In this document: positions 50,145-59,901 of the stretch, piece after piece | Layout of the letters: the number at the start of each line of letters is the position of its first letter | How positions within the stretch are numbered: position 1 is the stretch's first letter | Assembly (NCBI GenBank): GCA_902542325.1 | Contig: CACBUE010000002.1 | Location: 57 to 64,056, forward strand | Direction of reading: 5' to 3' | Length of the DNA stretch: 64,000 nucleotides | From: an uncultured SAR86 cluster bacterium | GTDB taxonomy: Bacteria; Pseudomonadota; Gammaproteobacteria; Magnimaribacterales; Magnimaribacteraceae | Notes under the pieces: generated by a model | The model's database searches: none | Told to the model about the DNA's origin: nothing | The model's input: the letters and a program-made list of their open reading frames with translations, nothing else | Translations under genes and position numbers: made by a program

Positions 50145-51641
50145 TTGAAAGCCTTAAAAATAGCATCTAGGAAAAGTCCTCTAGCAAGGATTCAAGCGTT
50201 GCTTGTAGCTGAAAGAATATCAAAATCTTTCCCCGATATTGAGATATTACATCTTTATAAAAGTACTCTAGGTGATGAAGATTTGACTACTCCTTTAAAT
50301 AAGATGCCTGATATCGGAGTGTTTACAAATGATATAAGGAATGATCTCCTCAATAAAGTTGCGGATATTGCTGTGCATTCATGGAAAGATTTGCCAGTAG
50401 ATCTAGAAGAAGGCACAGAGATAATTGGTACGCTTGAAAGAGCAGATATGAGAGATATGCTCTTTTTAAAGAAAGATAGTATCGGTAAAAATGATCTCAC
50501 TATCCTGAGCTCTTCGCCAAGGAGAGAAAAGAACCTATCCACCTTCTTGCCATCAGCATTACCGTTTAAGTCAAAGATAAAATTTAAAGACGTCAGGGGT
50601 AATATTCATACTAGACTAACAAAGTTGATTGAAGGGGATGATGATGGTTTGGTTGTAGCTAAAGCAGCCATTGATAGATTCATGCAAAACAAAAGTGGTG
50701 AATTTGAGAAAGATAAAAATTCTCTTCTTGATGTACAAAAAAAACTACAATGGATGGTACTTCCTTTATCTCAAAATCCTTGTGCAGCTGCTCAGGGCGC
50801 TCTCGCAATCGAAGCCCGCCAGGATGATAAAGCAGTTAAAGAAATTATTGCTACTATTTCCAATCAAGAGGTTTTTGATTCGGTTGAAATCGAAAGAACC
50901 ATATTGAAATCATATGGCGGCGGATGTCATCAAAAAATAGGTGTTAGTCATGAAATCTTAGAAGCAGGTAAGCTAATGACAATAAGGGGAGAAACTGAAG
51001 CTGGATTAGATCTATCGGAAAGATCACTTAGTAATAATCTAGAAAATTATTTTGACTCTTTAAATCATACAAATTATTTCCCCAAAAATAGAGATGAACA
51101 AAGGTTTTTCGAAAGAAAGCCAATTCTTGATTCTATTGAAGTTTTGAAAAAAGTTAAGAATCAGGGGATTTACGTCAGTAGATCAAATGCTATAGGAAAT
51201 ACCAACTTGATAGATGATTCCAATATCATCTGGACTAGCGGCATTGATACCTGGAAATCTTTAGCCCAAAAAGGGTACTGGGTTAACGGAACCTCAGATA
51301 GTCTTGGCGAAAATAACTCTCCAGAGGAAAGTATATTTAAAGAGGTAAGTTGGTTAAAAGTATCCCATAAAGATAATTTAAATGAAGCAAAATCGGTTTT
51401 ATCTACATACGAATTAAATCCTCTCGATGTTTCTGAAAGACTTTTAGAATGTGATTACTTCTATTGGATGAGTGCAAGCTCATTTGAGTTAGCCATAAAA
51501 AAATATCCTGAACTTAAAGAGCGAAATCACGCTTGTGGACTTGGAAAGACTTTCGAGCTGATAAAAGAAATAGTACCGAACGTTTCTGCGTTTCTAGACT
51601 TTGATAGCTGGAATGAAGCCATAAGAAACAAGATAAAATAA
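50145..51641 (+). CDS. hemC: Hydroxymethylbilane synthase with a long C-terminal extension (putative HemC-HemD fusion)
   Basis: SRKSPLARIQ, VHSWKDLP, SSPRR, VRGNIHTRL, AQGALA, GGCHQKIG. At 498 aa it is far longer than the usual ~310 aa. Confidence 0.88.
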   Translation: MKALKIASRKSPLARIQALLVAERISKSFPDIEILHLYKSTLGDEDLTTPLNKMPDIGVFTNDIRNDLLNKVADIAVHSWKDLPVDLEEGTEIIGTLERADMRDMLFLKKDSIGKNDLTILSSSPRREKNLSTFLPSALPFKSKIKFKDVRGNIHTRLTKLIEGDDDGLVVAKAAIDRFMQNKSGEFEKDKNSLLDVQKKLQWMVLPLSQNPCAAAQGALAIEARQDDKAVKEIIATISNQEVFDSVEIERTILKSYGGGCHQKIGVSHEILEAGKLMTIRGETEAGLDLSERSLSNNLENYFDSLNHTNYFPKNRDEQRFFERKPILDSIEVLKKVKNQGIYVSRSNAIGNTNLIDDSNIIWTSGIDTWKSLAQKGYWVNGTSDSLGENNSPEESIFKEVSWLKVSHKDNLNEAKSVLSTYELNPLDVSERLLECDYFYWMSASSFELAIKKYPELKERNHACGLGKTFELIKEIVPNVSAFLDFDSWNEAIRNKIK

Positions 51642-51690
51642 TATAGCTCTTTTGCCTAAGGTATAATGTAAGCCTCTTATTTCAATTAGT

Positions 51691-52686
51691 ATGAACGTAT
51701 CACGAAAATTTCCCCAATCAAGATTAAGACGAACTAGATTTACTTCGCCTATAAGGAGTTTGGTTGCTGAAAACAGTCTGTCAGTCGATGACTTAATACA
51801 ACCTATCTTTGTAAAAGAAGATTTAGATGGAATCGAAAGCATTGATTCGTTGCCAGGGATCAATAGGTATGGATTAAATGCTTTAGATAAAGAAATAGAA
51901 AATACACAAAATAATAAGATAAAAGCTGTTGCTATATTTCCGGTTATAAATCCTGAAAAAAAAGACGATCAAGGAAGTGAATCATTAAATGAAGACAACT
52001 TAGTTTGTACTGCCATAAAACAAATAAAGAAAAATTCTGAATTGGCAGTGATCGCAGATGTAGCTTTAGATCCCTATACTTCGCACGGTCATGATGGGGT
52101 ATTAGATGAAAACGGATATGTAGAAAATGATAAAAGTCTTTCTCTTCTGATTGAGCAAGCTCTAACTCTCGCCAAGGCTGGAGCGGATATGGTTGCTCCT
52201 TCAGATATGATGGATGGCAGGATAGCGGGTATTAGAGAGTCATTAGAATCTAATGAATTTGCTAATACGATTATCCTTTCTTATGCTGCAAAATATAGTT
52301 CAAAATTTTATGGTCCTTTTAGAGATGCAGTAGGGTCTTCTGCTAACCTTGGCGCTGGTAGTAAGGATACTTACCAAATGTCCGTTGCAAATATTGAAGA
52401 AGCATTGCATGAAGTCAAAATGGATATTGAAGAAGGTGCCGATATAGTTATGGTCAAGCCTGGAATGCCTTACTTAGACGTTATTAAAGCAGTTAAAGAT
52501 ACTTTTAAAATACCCACCTTTGCCTATCAGGTAAGTGGTGAATATGCCATGCTGAAAGCTGCAATAGAAAATGGTTGGTTGGCAGAAGAAGTCCTAGAGG
52601 AATCCTTGTTAAGCTTTAAAAGGGCTGGAGCAGATTGTGTTCTCACCTACGCTGCTAATGAAATAGCAATAAAGTTAAATCAGTAA
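51691..52686 (+). CDS. hemB: Porphobilinogen synthase
   Basis: DVALDPYTSHGHDG, APSDMMDGR, FYGPFRDA, MVKPG, YQVSGEY. Confidence 0.97.
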   Translation: MNVSRKFPQSRLRRTRFTSPIRSLVAENSLSVDDLIQPIFVKEDLDGIESIDSLPGINRYGLNALDKEIENTQNNKIKAVAIFPVINPEKKDDQGSESLNEDNLVCTAIKQIKKNSELAVIADVALDPYTSHGHDGVLDENGYVENDKSLSLLIEQALTLAKAGADMVAPSDMMDGRIAGIRESLESNEFANTIILSYAAKYSSKFYGPFRDAVGSSANLGAGSKDTYQMSVANIEEALHEVKMDIEEGADIVMVKPGMPYLDVIKAVKDTFKIPTFAYQVSGEYAMLKAAIENGWLAEEVLEESLLSFKRAGADCVLTYAANEIAIKLNQ

Positions 52687-52690
52687 AACC

Positions 52691-53710
52691 TTGCCTAATA
52701 AAAAATTCATAAATGCCATAATAAGAAAGCCACAGGCCTGCCCGCCTATATGGCTCATGAGACAAGCCGGTCGATATCATGATCACTATCAAAGCTTAAA
52801 GAAAGATCATACGTTCGAAGAACTTTGTAAAAAACCTATACTGGCAGCTGAAACAGCTATGGGTCCTATTAACGAATTTGATTTTGACGTAGCGATTCTG
52901 TTCAGCGATATATTATTTCCTCTTGAAGCGCTTGGTATGGACCTAACTTATAATCCAGGACCTCAATTTGGACTCCATCTGGACGAAGATAATGCCGAGA
53001 GCCTTCTCGTAAACCAAAATCCTATCAACTTTATGGAGTTTCAGGGAGAAGCTATTGAAAGAACCATTGAAAGACTACCCAGTGATAAGTCATTAATAGG
53101 TTTTGTCGGTGGACCCTGGACCTTGATTGCATATGCATGCAACATTAGTAAAGATTCTAGGGAATTAAATTTTAATAATTTCCAAATAGGCCTTCTAGAT
53201 AACGTGATTCTTCCACTGCTAAAAGAGAATGTAGAATTACAATTGAATGCGGGGGCTGAGGTGGTAATGATCTTTGACTCTAACGCACATCTGCTGGCTG
53301 AAGAAGATTTAAACATCTATCTCGATAAAACCTTTAATGCACTGGCTAAGGAATTTCCAAATAAAGTAGGCTATTACGCCAAGGATGGTATTGACTATGA
53401 GGCCATTATTGCGAAGCAAAATGACCCTGAGATTAATTTAGCAGGAATGGGTCTAGACTCTAATATTGACCTTAGGGAGTACTTTAAAAAAACTACAAAT
53501 GGGTTTGTGCAGGGTAATTTTAGTGAGCATTTCTTAACCCTCCCCCATGAAGAATTCTTACCCAAATTAGATACTTTCATAGAACAAATGTCAGTGCTTT
53601 CTCCAGAAGATAGATCTGGCTGGGTTTGTGGACTAGGCCATGGAGTTCTGAAAACAACGCCTCAGGAAAACGTCAAAGAGTTTGTAAAAAGAATAAGAGC
53701 ATCCTTTTAA
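52691..53710 (+). CDS. hemE: Uroporphyrinogen decarboxylase
   Basis: PIWLMRQAGRY, AILFSDIL, GFVGGPWTL, LGHGV. Confidence 0.94.
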   Translation: MPNKKFINAIIRKPQACPPIWLMRQAGRYHDHYQSLKKDHTFEELCKKPILAAETAMGPINEFDFDVAILFSDILFPLEALGMDLTYNPGPQFGLHLDEDNAESLLVNQNPINFMEFQGEAIERTIERLPSDKSLIGFVGGPWTLIAYACNISKDSRELNFNNFQIGLLDNVILPLLKENVELQLNAGAEVVMIFDSNAHLLAEEDLNIYLDKTFNALAKEFPNKVGYYAKDGIDYEAIIAKQNDPEINLAGMGLDSNIDLREYFKKTTNGFVQGNFSEHFLTLPHEEFLPKLDTFIEQMSVLSPEDRSGWVCGLGHGVLKTTPQENVKEFVKRIRASF

Positions 53711-53713
53711 TGT

Positions 53714-54526
53714 ATGGATATTGAGGAAAAAAAATCCCTAACTTCATCTTGGTTCAGAGAACTGAGAGATATGTTCTGCGAAGAATTTGTTGATATAGAT
53801 GGCGGGAGTTTTGAAAGAAAGAACTGGGATCATAAATTTGAAGGAGGCGGAGAGATGAGCCTCATGAAAGGTGAAGTCTTTGAAAAGGTTGGTGTAAATA
53901 TATCTACGGTATCTGGAAAATTTGATAATGATTTTAAATCTGAAGTTAAGGGCACAGATGAAGCTCCTAACTACTGGGCAAGTGGAATCAGTCTTGTGGC
54001 ACACATGCAATCGCCTAAAGTACCGGCATTTCACTTTAATACGAGGTATATCGTTACTGGAGATTCCTGGTTTGGTGGTGGTGGAGATTTAACCCCAACA
54101 ATCAAAAAAGATGATGAAATTAAGTTCTTTCACAAATGCATGAAGGAAGCGTGTGATTCGGCTGATCCAGATTATTACGAGAGATATAAAAAAGCCTGTG
54201 ATGAATATTTCTATCTACCGCACAGGTCTGAAGCCAGAGGTGAAGGTGGAATATTTATAGATCATTTAAAAACAGACGATTGGAATAAAGATTTTAGCTT
54301 TATAAAAGAAGTAGGTTTTTCCACCTTAAAAGCAATTACAACAATTGTCAGAAATCTTAAGGATGAAGAATGGACAGAACAGGAAAAGGAGCGACAACTT
54401 ATCAAAAGAGGTCGTTATGTTGAATTTAATTTACTTTGGGATAGAGGAACTGCATTTGGCATAAAAACTGGGGGCAATTCGGATGCTATATTGATGTCTA
54501 TGCCGCCTACTGCCAAATGGGATTAG
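53714..54526 (+). CDS. hemF: Oxygen-dependent coproporphyrinogen III oxidase
   Basis: FEKVGVN, HFNTRY, WFGGGGDLTP, RGRYVEFNL, LMSMPP. Confidence 0.95.
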   Translation: MDIEEKKSLTSSWFRELRDMFCEEFVDIDGGSFERKNWDHKFEGGGEMSLMKGEVFEKVGVNISTVSGKFDNDFKSEVKGTDEAPNYWASGISLVAHMQSPKVPAFHFNTRYIVTGDSWFGGGGDLTPTIKKDDEIKFFHKCMKEACDSADPDYYERYKKACDEYFYLPHRSEARGEGGIFIDHLKTDDWNKDFSFIKEVGFSTLKAITTIVRNLKDEEWTEQEKERQLIKRGRYVEFNLLWDRGTAFGIKTGGNSDAILMSMPPTAKWD

Positions 54527-54952
54527 ATGAATACCTACTTAATTTTTAAAACCATTCATATAATCTCTGTAATTACCTGGATGGCAGCCCTGTTCTATCT
54601 TCCAAGACTATTTGTATATCACTCCACCAAAGAAGTAGGATCAGATTCTTCTGAGACCTTTAAAGTTATGGAGTCTAAGTTACTAAAAATCATTGCGAAT
54701 CCATCTCTTATTCTAGTTTGGATCTCAGGCCTAGCTCTTTTAAACTACAAAGGTCTAGAAATTTGGCTAGTTCTAAAAATGTTTCTTGTCATGGGCATGA
54801 CTCTTTTTCACTTTTATCTGAATTTTCTTAGAGTAGGTTTTGAGGCCGATTCCAACACAAAATCAGAAAAGTTTTTTAGAGTTATAAATGAAATACCAAC
54901 GATACTGTTATTGATAATAGTTGTTCTGGTTGTCTTTCAACCCAGATTTTAG
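54527..54952 (+). CDS. hemJ: Protoporphyrinogen oxidase HemJ
   Basis: KTIHIISVITWMAALFYLPRLFVYH, FRVINEIPT. Confidence 0.93.
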   Translation: MNTYLIFKTIHIISVITWMAALFYLPRLFVYHSTKEVGSDSSETFKVMESKLLKIIANPSLILVWISGLALLNYKGLEIWLVLKMFLVMGMTLFHFYLNFLRVGFEADSNTKSEKFFRVINEIPTILLLIIVVLVVFQPRF

Positions 54953-54975
54953 AATTCTACAGTTTGTACATTTTA

Positions 54976-55959
54976 TTATCTCGATAAAGCTGTATCTATT
55001 GTGCTAATTTGATCCTGGTTGAGTTCTCCGAGTGATTCTGCTTTTATGCAATCTAGAAGCTCAGACCTATTTTTTACACCCAAAATAACAGAAGAAACTT
55101 TTTCGGCGCTAAGAGCATATCGGTGTGCGAGAGTTGAAGGATTCATTTTCCATTCGGAAGCTAACTTTCTAAAAGGTTCGGCTTTATCATAATCTTCGAA
55201 ATCTCTTATATCAAAACCCGACGGGTGCGGCTCTCTATCCATTTTTAAAGTTAATGCTCCAGCTTGAACTGCTCTAATTCCAAGTATCGGTATTCCAACT
55301 TTTTGACTTTCTGTAAGTATTTTTTGAGGATCAAAATCTTGATCAACATATCCTATAGCACCGGCTGAATTTAAAGGATTAACAACACACTGAATAGCTT
55401 CAGGTTGAATTTCATGATTTAAGGCCTCCAGAATTGCTTGATTTTGGCCTAAACCACCTATACCCCAGCTACCAATCTTCCCTTCTTGCTTTAGTCTTTC
55501 AAAGGCTGGTATAACCGCATTGTAATAACAAGAAAGTGAAGTTGTATTAGTCTCTCTGTGCTCATTGAGTGTATAAAGCTGAAAATCATCCTGTCGTAAC
55601 TGTGAGTGCAGTAAAAAAAGATCAACCCTTTCCATATTAAGATTAACAAGACTTTTCTCAAGAGAAGAAATTAAGCGCTCATATACTTCGTCATCTGGTA
55701 ATGTTCCTAATCTGCATTTTGTAGTAATTTTTACATCTCCTAAATCTTTCCCTTTAAAAACTTCACCAACAACTCTCTCGGCCTCTCCTTTTCCATACAT
55801 TGGTGCAACATCGAGGTGAGTTATACCCTTTTCAATGGCAAGATTTACTGTCGCAACTGCTTCCTCTCTAGATGTTTCACCCCAGACCTGTCCAAGGCCT
55901 CCACCACCTAGTGTTAAAGCGCTTATATTTCCAAATGGCTTAAAACTTCTCTTTTTCAT
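54976..55959 (-). CDS. Aldo/keto reductase
   Basis: LGGGG...WG, HLDVAPMYGKGEAE, TTK, VDLFLLH. ATG 55959 preferred. Confidence 0.88.
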   Translation of the reverse strand: MKKRSFKPFGNISALTLGGGGLGQVWGETSREEAVATVNLAIEKGITHLDVAPMYGKGEAERVVGEVFKGKDLGDVKITTKCRLGTLPDDEVYERLISSLEKSLVNLNMERVDLFLLHSQLRQDDFQLYTLNEHRETNTTSLSCYYNAVIPAFERLKQEGKIGSWGIGGLGQNQAILEALNHEIQPEAIQCVVNPLNSAGAIGYVDQDFDPQKILTESQKVGIPILGIRAVQAGALTLKMDREPHPSGFDIRDFEDYDKAEPFRKLASEWKMNPSTLAHRYALSAEKVSSVILGVKNRSELLDCIKAESLGELNQDQISTIDTALSR

Positions 55960-56047
55960 GTAACAATTTAAATTCAAAAATATTATAACGGAACGCTCAT
56001 TCTGAATATTGAAGAAAACAATTTTTTCATGCTACCATCATGTTTCT

Positions 56048-57031
56048 ATGATTTTAGAAGATGGCCCAAAACACACAAAAGATTTAAATCAAGCTAAGCT
56101 AGACTTAGATAAATTTGGTTATTGTTTAATACCAGATGTTCTAAATGATAATGAAATAAGAATTGCTAAAAAACGACTTCTTGAGCAAGCTGAAGCCGAG
56201 GAAGAGCTAGGTCTTTCTTTTCGAGATGGAGGGGCAGATCAAGAGGTTAAGTTCAAAGAGGGGCGTGTAGACAAAACATCATTTACTAAGAGCAATGGAG
56301 GGGTGAACCAAAGGCTTTGGATGTTAGCGAATAAAGGTGAATGTTTCAGAGAGATGGTTACTCACCATCTAGTAGATGAACTTGTCGGTCATATTTTGGG
56401 TAATGATTTTATTTTATCCACTCACTCAGCAAATATTGCTAAACCTGGAGGAGTAAGAATGGGCTTACATACAGACCAATGGTGGATGCCTCAACCTGTA
56501 AGAGCAGGAGCAAGCTATATAAAACCTTCGGAAATATCGAGAAATGCTGACGCAAGTTTTGTTGAGCCTGATGTATCACTTGGCATATCGCCACCAGTAG
56601 TAGCTAACTGTATGTGGATGCTCTCAGATTTCTCTCCAACGAATGGGGCTACTGAGGTAGTTGCAGGATCTCATCTTACTGGAGCCCATCCGAATCAAGA
56701 GGATCAAAGCATGTACCCCATAAGTCAACCTGAAGCTAAAGCAGGCTCTTTAATGGTTTTTGATGGAAGACTTTGGCATGGCACTGGAGCCAATACTGGC
56801 AGTACAGATAGATTGGGCGTGCTTACAACTTTCTGCTCACCGCAGTTTAGACAACAAGAAAACCAAACACTTGGGCTTGATAGAGACCTTTGGGATTCTT
56901 GTTCGGAAAAACTAAAGTCCAGACTTGGTTTCAAAGTATGGAATGCTTATGGAAGAATTGAAAGCACTATGGACTATCTTATTGATATTGAACCTGAAAG
57001 AATAAAAGAACTAAAACCGACTAAGCAATGA
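56048..57031 (+). CDS. PhyH family dioxygenase
   Basis: LHTDQ...LWHG triad; DFSPTNGATEVVAGSH; FRQQEN. ATG 56048 preferred because TTGAAG at 56009 looks like a -35 box paired with TGcTACCAT at 56030-56038. Confidence 0.87.
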   Translation: MILEDGPKHTKDLNQAKLDLDKFGYCLIPDVLNDNEIRIAKKRLLEQAEAEEELGLSFRDGGADQEVKFKEGRVDKTSFTKSNGGVNQRLWMLANKGECFREMVTHHLVDELVGHILGNDFILSTHSANIAKPGGVRMGLHTDQWWMPQPVRAGASYIKPSEISRNADASFVEPDVSLGISPPVVANCMWMLSDFSPTNGATEVVAGSHLTGAHPNQEDQSMYPISQPEAKAGSLMVFDGRLWHGTGANTGSTDRLGVLTTFCSPQFRQQENQTLGLDRDLWDSCSEKLKSRLGFKVWNAYGRIESTMDYLIDIEPERIKELKPTKQ

Positions 57032-57909
57032 ATCTTGAAACACTAGAGTATCCACCCTTAACTGAAGATATAGAAGAAGCTAAAAATCATTTAGATAAAT
57101 ATGGCATGGCATTGATTGCTAATGTACTAAGCAATGATGAAATTGATGAGATGGACCAAAGACTTAACGAACAGTTCTTAGGTGAAGAAAAATACAAGGT
57201 AGGGTCGAAAGTTAGAGGCGATGAAGGATTAGGTGTAGAGTCATCTGAAGAGGAAAAAGTAAGTAGATTAGTCTGGAATCTTATTAATAAAGGTGATTGT
57301 TTTTTAAAGCTTATAGATCATCCAAAAATACTGCCACTCATTCAGCATCTAATAGGAGAAAAGGTTTGTCTCTGTTCAATGGGAGCGCATATGAATGGAA
57401 GTGGCAATGAGAAAATGGCCCTTCACCAAGATCAATGGCCTTTAGTTCCTCATCCCATGGACTTTCCTTTCATGGCGAATGTAATGTACTTGATCTCAGA
57501 TAACTCTCCTGAAAATGGTGGTACTAGGCTAATACCTGGATCACATAAATGGCCACTTATAGATTATCGCACTGCAAATGGTGAAGAGATTCAAAAAATG
57601 GCTAATTCTTTGACTGCACCAAGAGGGACTGCAATAGTTTGGGAAGGAAGGCTTTGGCATGGCAATGGTTTAAATAGATCAGGATCTATGAGGAGCAATA
57701 TCTCGACAGCTTTTTTACAACCCTGGGTGAAACCTCAAGAAAATCATCAATATAGTATCCGAGATGAAGTACTCGGAAAGATAACCGAAAAGCAAAAACA
57801 CATATTGGGTTTCAGTTCTTTTGGGACCCTTGGCGGGCATGACGGATCTAGTGTTTCACCTGCAGAATTTGATCCCAAAAAGGAGTCCATAGGGATACTT
57901 AAGCCTTGA
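57028..57909 (+). CDS. PhyH family dioxygenase (tandem paralog)
   Basis: LHQDQ...LWHG; ENGGTRLIPGSH; KPQEN; ATGA-type overlap with the upstream paralog. Confidence 0.87.
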   Translation: MNLETLEYPPLTEDIEEAKNHLDKYGMALIANVLSNDEIDEMDQRLNEQFLGEEKYKVGSKVRGDEGLGVESSEEEKVSRLVWNLINKGDCFLKLIDHPKILPLIQHLIGEKVCLCSMGAHMNGSGNEKMALHQDQWPLVPHPMDFPFMANVMYLISDNSPENGGTRLIPGSHKWPLIDYRTANGEEIQKMANSLTAPRGTAIVWEGRLWHGNGLNRSGSMRSNISTAFLQPWVKPQENHQYSIRDEVLGKITEKQKHILGFSSFGTLGGHDGSSVSPAEFDPKKESIGILKP

Positions 57910-57910
57910 T

Positions 57911-58543
57911 CTAGTTGCTTAATTTCCTATATAAAAAATAGAGTAAAGCAGGTAACAAAGCCGCTCCAAAAAAAGCTAGAGTTGATGAGCCGCTTGATAG
58001 TGCTGCAGCTCCTAGTCCAGAAAATACTATAGCTACACCTATATTAGATAAAATCATTACATAGACAAATTTCATAAAGGGCATATTAGTTATTCCGGCA
58101 GCAAGGGTACTGAGTTCAGCAAATGCGGGGACAGGTCTTGCAAGAATTAAGCCCATAACATCAATATCTCTAGCCGAATCTTCAGCTTTTTTTAAATCAT
58201 CCACACCAATTATCTTTTGAGCTAATGGTCTTGCTGCAAATCTACCTACTGTGTAGCCAAAAACAGCTCCTAAATTTAGACCTATCCAAACAACAACAGA
58301 AGCAAGAGCCCAGCCCAGAGTAGCTCCTGCTAAAGTATTTGTTAATCCATTTGGAACAGGGAGAAATACATCAGCAGCTAGAGCAATAATAACCACGATC
58401 GAAGTATAGACAGTATTTTCACCTGCCCAAGCTAGTGCTATTTCTCCATATCTAGAAAATGGTGTTTCCAAAAAGATTGCTGGAATAACAATGGTCGTAA
58501 AAAAAACTATAATAAATGTAAGCCATTTAAATAATCTGGTCAT
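57911..58543 (-). CDS. DedA/TVP38 (VTT domain) membrane protein
   Basis: DVFLPVP, GYTVGR, ARPVPAFAE, AAG motifs. Confidence 0.8.
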   Translation of the reverse strand: MTRLFKWLTFIIVFFTTIVIPAIFLETPFSRYGEIALAWAGENTVYTSIVVIIALAADVFLPVPNGLTNTLAGATLGWALASVVVWIGLNLGAVFGYTVGRFAARPLAQKIIGVDDLKKAEDSARDIDVMGLILARPVPAFAELSTLAAGITNMPFMKFVYVMILSNIGVAIVFSGLGAAALSSGSSTLAFFGAALLPALLYFLYRKLSN

Positions 58544-59901
58544 TAAGCTCTTTCTTGAATCTGCTGTTTTATTGCTGCGTGTTCTTTTTCACCAAACTTA
58601 AATTTTTTATATAAAAGATAAGCTCCTAAACTATAAAAAACTAAAGGTACAAGGCCATAGAGACTAATCAGTGCAATTTTTACTTCCATCGTCTGAGGTT
58701 GATTAGGGATAAAACCAGAAAACTGCAGAACAAAGCCAGTTACAAGAAGCATAATCCCTGTTGCGCTTTTAAATACAAAATTAAGTGCTGCAAAATAAGA
58801 ACCTTCTTTCCTCTCTCCTGTTAGGTACTCGTCATAATCTATTACATCACCTTTCACAGAAGGCCCAATTGCTCCTCCGCAACCTGCAGCCATACCACCT
58901 AAAGCTGCCCCAATAAACATAACAATCAACCTATCAGTTACAGAGTCCAAAAAAGGAATGATAAATATTCCGCCGAATGAAATACCTGTAAAGGCAAGAC
59001 TAAAAACCCATAATCTTATCTTTCCAAATCTTCTTGATAATGGTATCCAAAGAGGAACAGATAAAGCTGACGGAAGCATGTAAGCAAATATAATTAAAGG
59101 TGCCCAAGCAGGAGCTTCAACTATATATTGAGTTACATAAAGGGTGAGCACTCCTATAACTGCCCCACCTAAATTTTCAATAAATAGAACTATTATTAAT
59201 ATTTTCGCATGTGGGTTTATCCATACGTCTCTGAATGCCTTAAATGGATTTTTATTTACTCGGTTTTGAAATTCAGGATTTTCTTTAAGTTTTGAGACTG
59301 CAAAAAATATCATTAGCGACATTGCACCAATGGCATAAAAAGCGAGACTACCAGCCAATTGTCTAACATCTCCATCAGGATTATTTTCTTCGCTAATTAG
59401 CAAACTCATAGAGACTAATGCAAGAATTGATCCCAGCGTAAAACCTATATGCCTTACCCCAAACAGCCTAGTCCGCTCATGATAATCTTCTGACAGTTCC
59501 GCCCCTAGTGCCATATGAGGTACGTTAAGAAGAGTTATTGCGGAATAGAAACTGAGTATTGCTATCATCATCCACAAATCAAGAGACTGACCTTGCATAG
59601 ATTCAGGTGGCGAAAAGACTGCTAAAAATCCAAACGAAATGGGAATAAAGCTAATTAGCATCCAAGTCCTTCTCCTGCCGAATTTAAATGTGGTCCTGTC
59701 ACTTAAATATCCTGCAATAGGGTCTGATACGGCATCCCATATCCTAGATATACTAAAAATGACTCCCATTACGGCTGGAGCGATGAGTAGTACATCGGTG
59801 GAAAATTTCATGACGTATAGGCTCATCAAAAGATACATATAGCCTGCACCCAATCCCGGCATGCCGTAAGCTATAGTTGTTCCTAATGGTACTTTTCTCA
59901 T
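58543..59901 (-). CDS. MFS transporter, glycoside-pentoside-hexuronide (MelB/UidB-like) family
   Basis: RIWDAVSDPIAGYLSDRT, GRRR, ELSEDYHERTRL, DVIDYDE...GERKEG. Confidence 0.9.
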   Translation of the reverse strand: MRKVPLGTTIAYGMPGLGAGYMYLLMSLYVMKFSTDVLLIAPAVMGVIFSISRIWDAVSDPIAGYLSDRTTFKFGRRRTWMLISFIPISFGFLAVFSPPESMQGQSLDLWMMIAILSFYSAITLLNVPHMALGAELSEDYHERTRLFGVRHIGFTLGSILALVSMSLLISEENNPDGDVRQLAGSLAFYAIGAMSLMIFFAVSKLKENPEFQNRVNKNPFKAFRDVWINPHAKILIIVLFIENLGGAVIGVLTLYVTQYIVEAPAWAPLIIFAYMLPSALSVPLWIPLSRRFGKIRLWVFSLAFTGISFGGIFIIPFLDSVTDRLIVMFIGAALGGMAAGCGGAIGPSVKGDVIDYDEYLTGERKEGSYFAALNFVFKSATGIMLLVTGFVLQFSGFIPNQPQTMEVKIALISLYGLVPLVFYSLGAYLLYKKFKFGEKEHAAIKQQIQERA

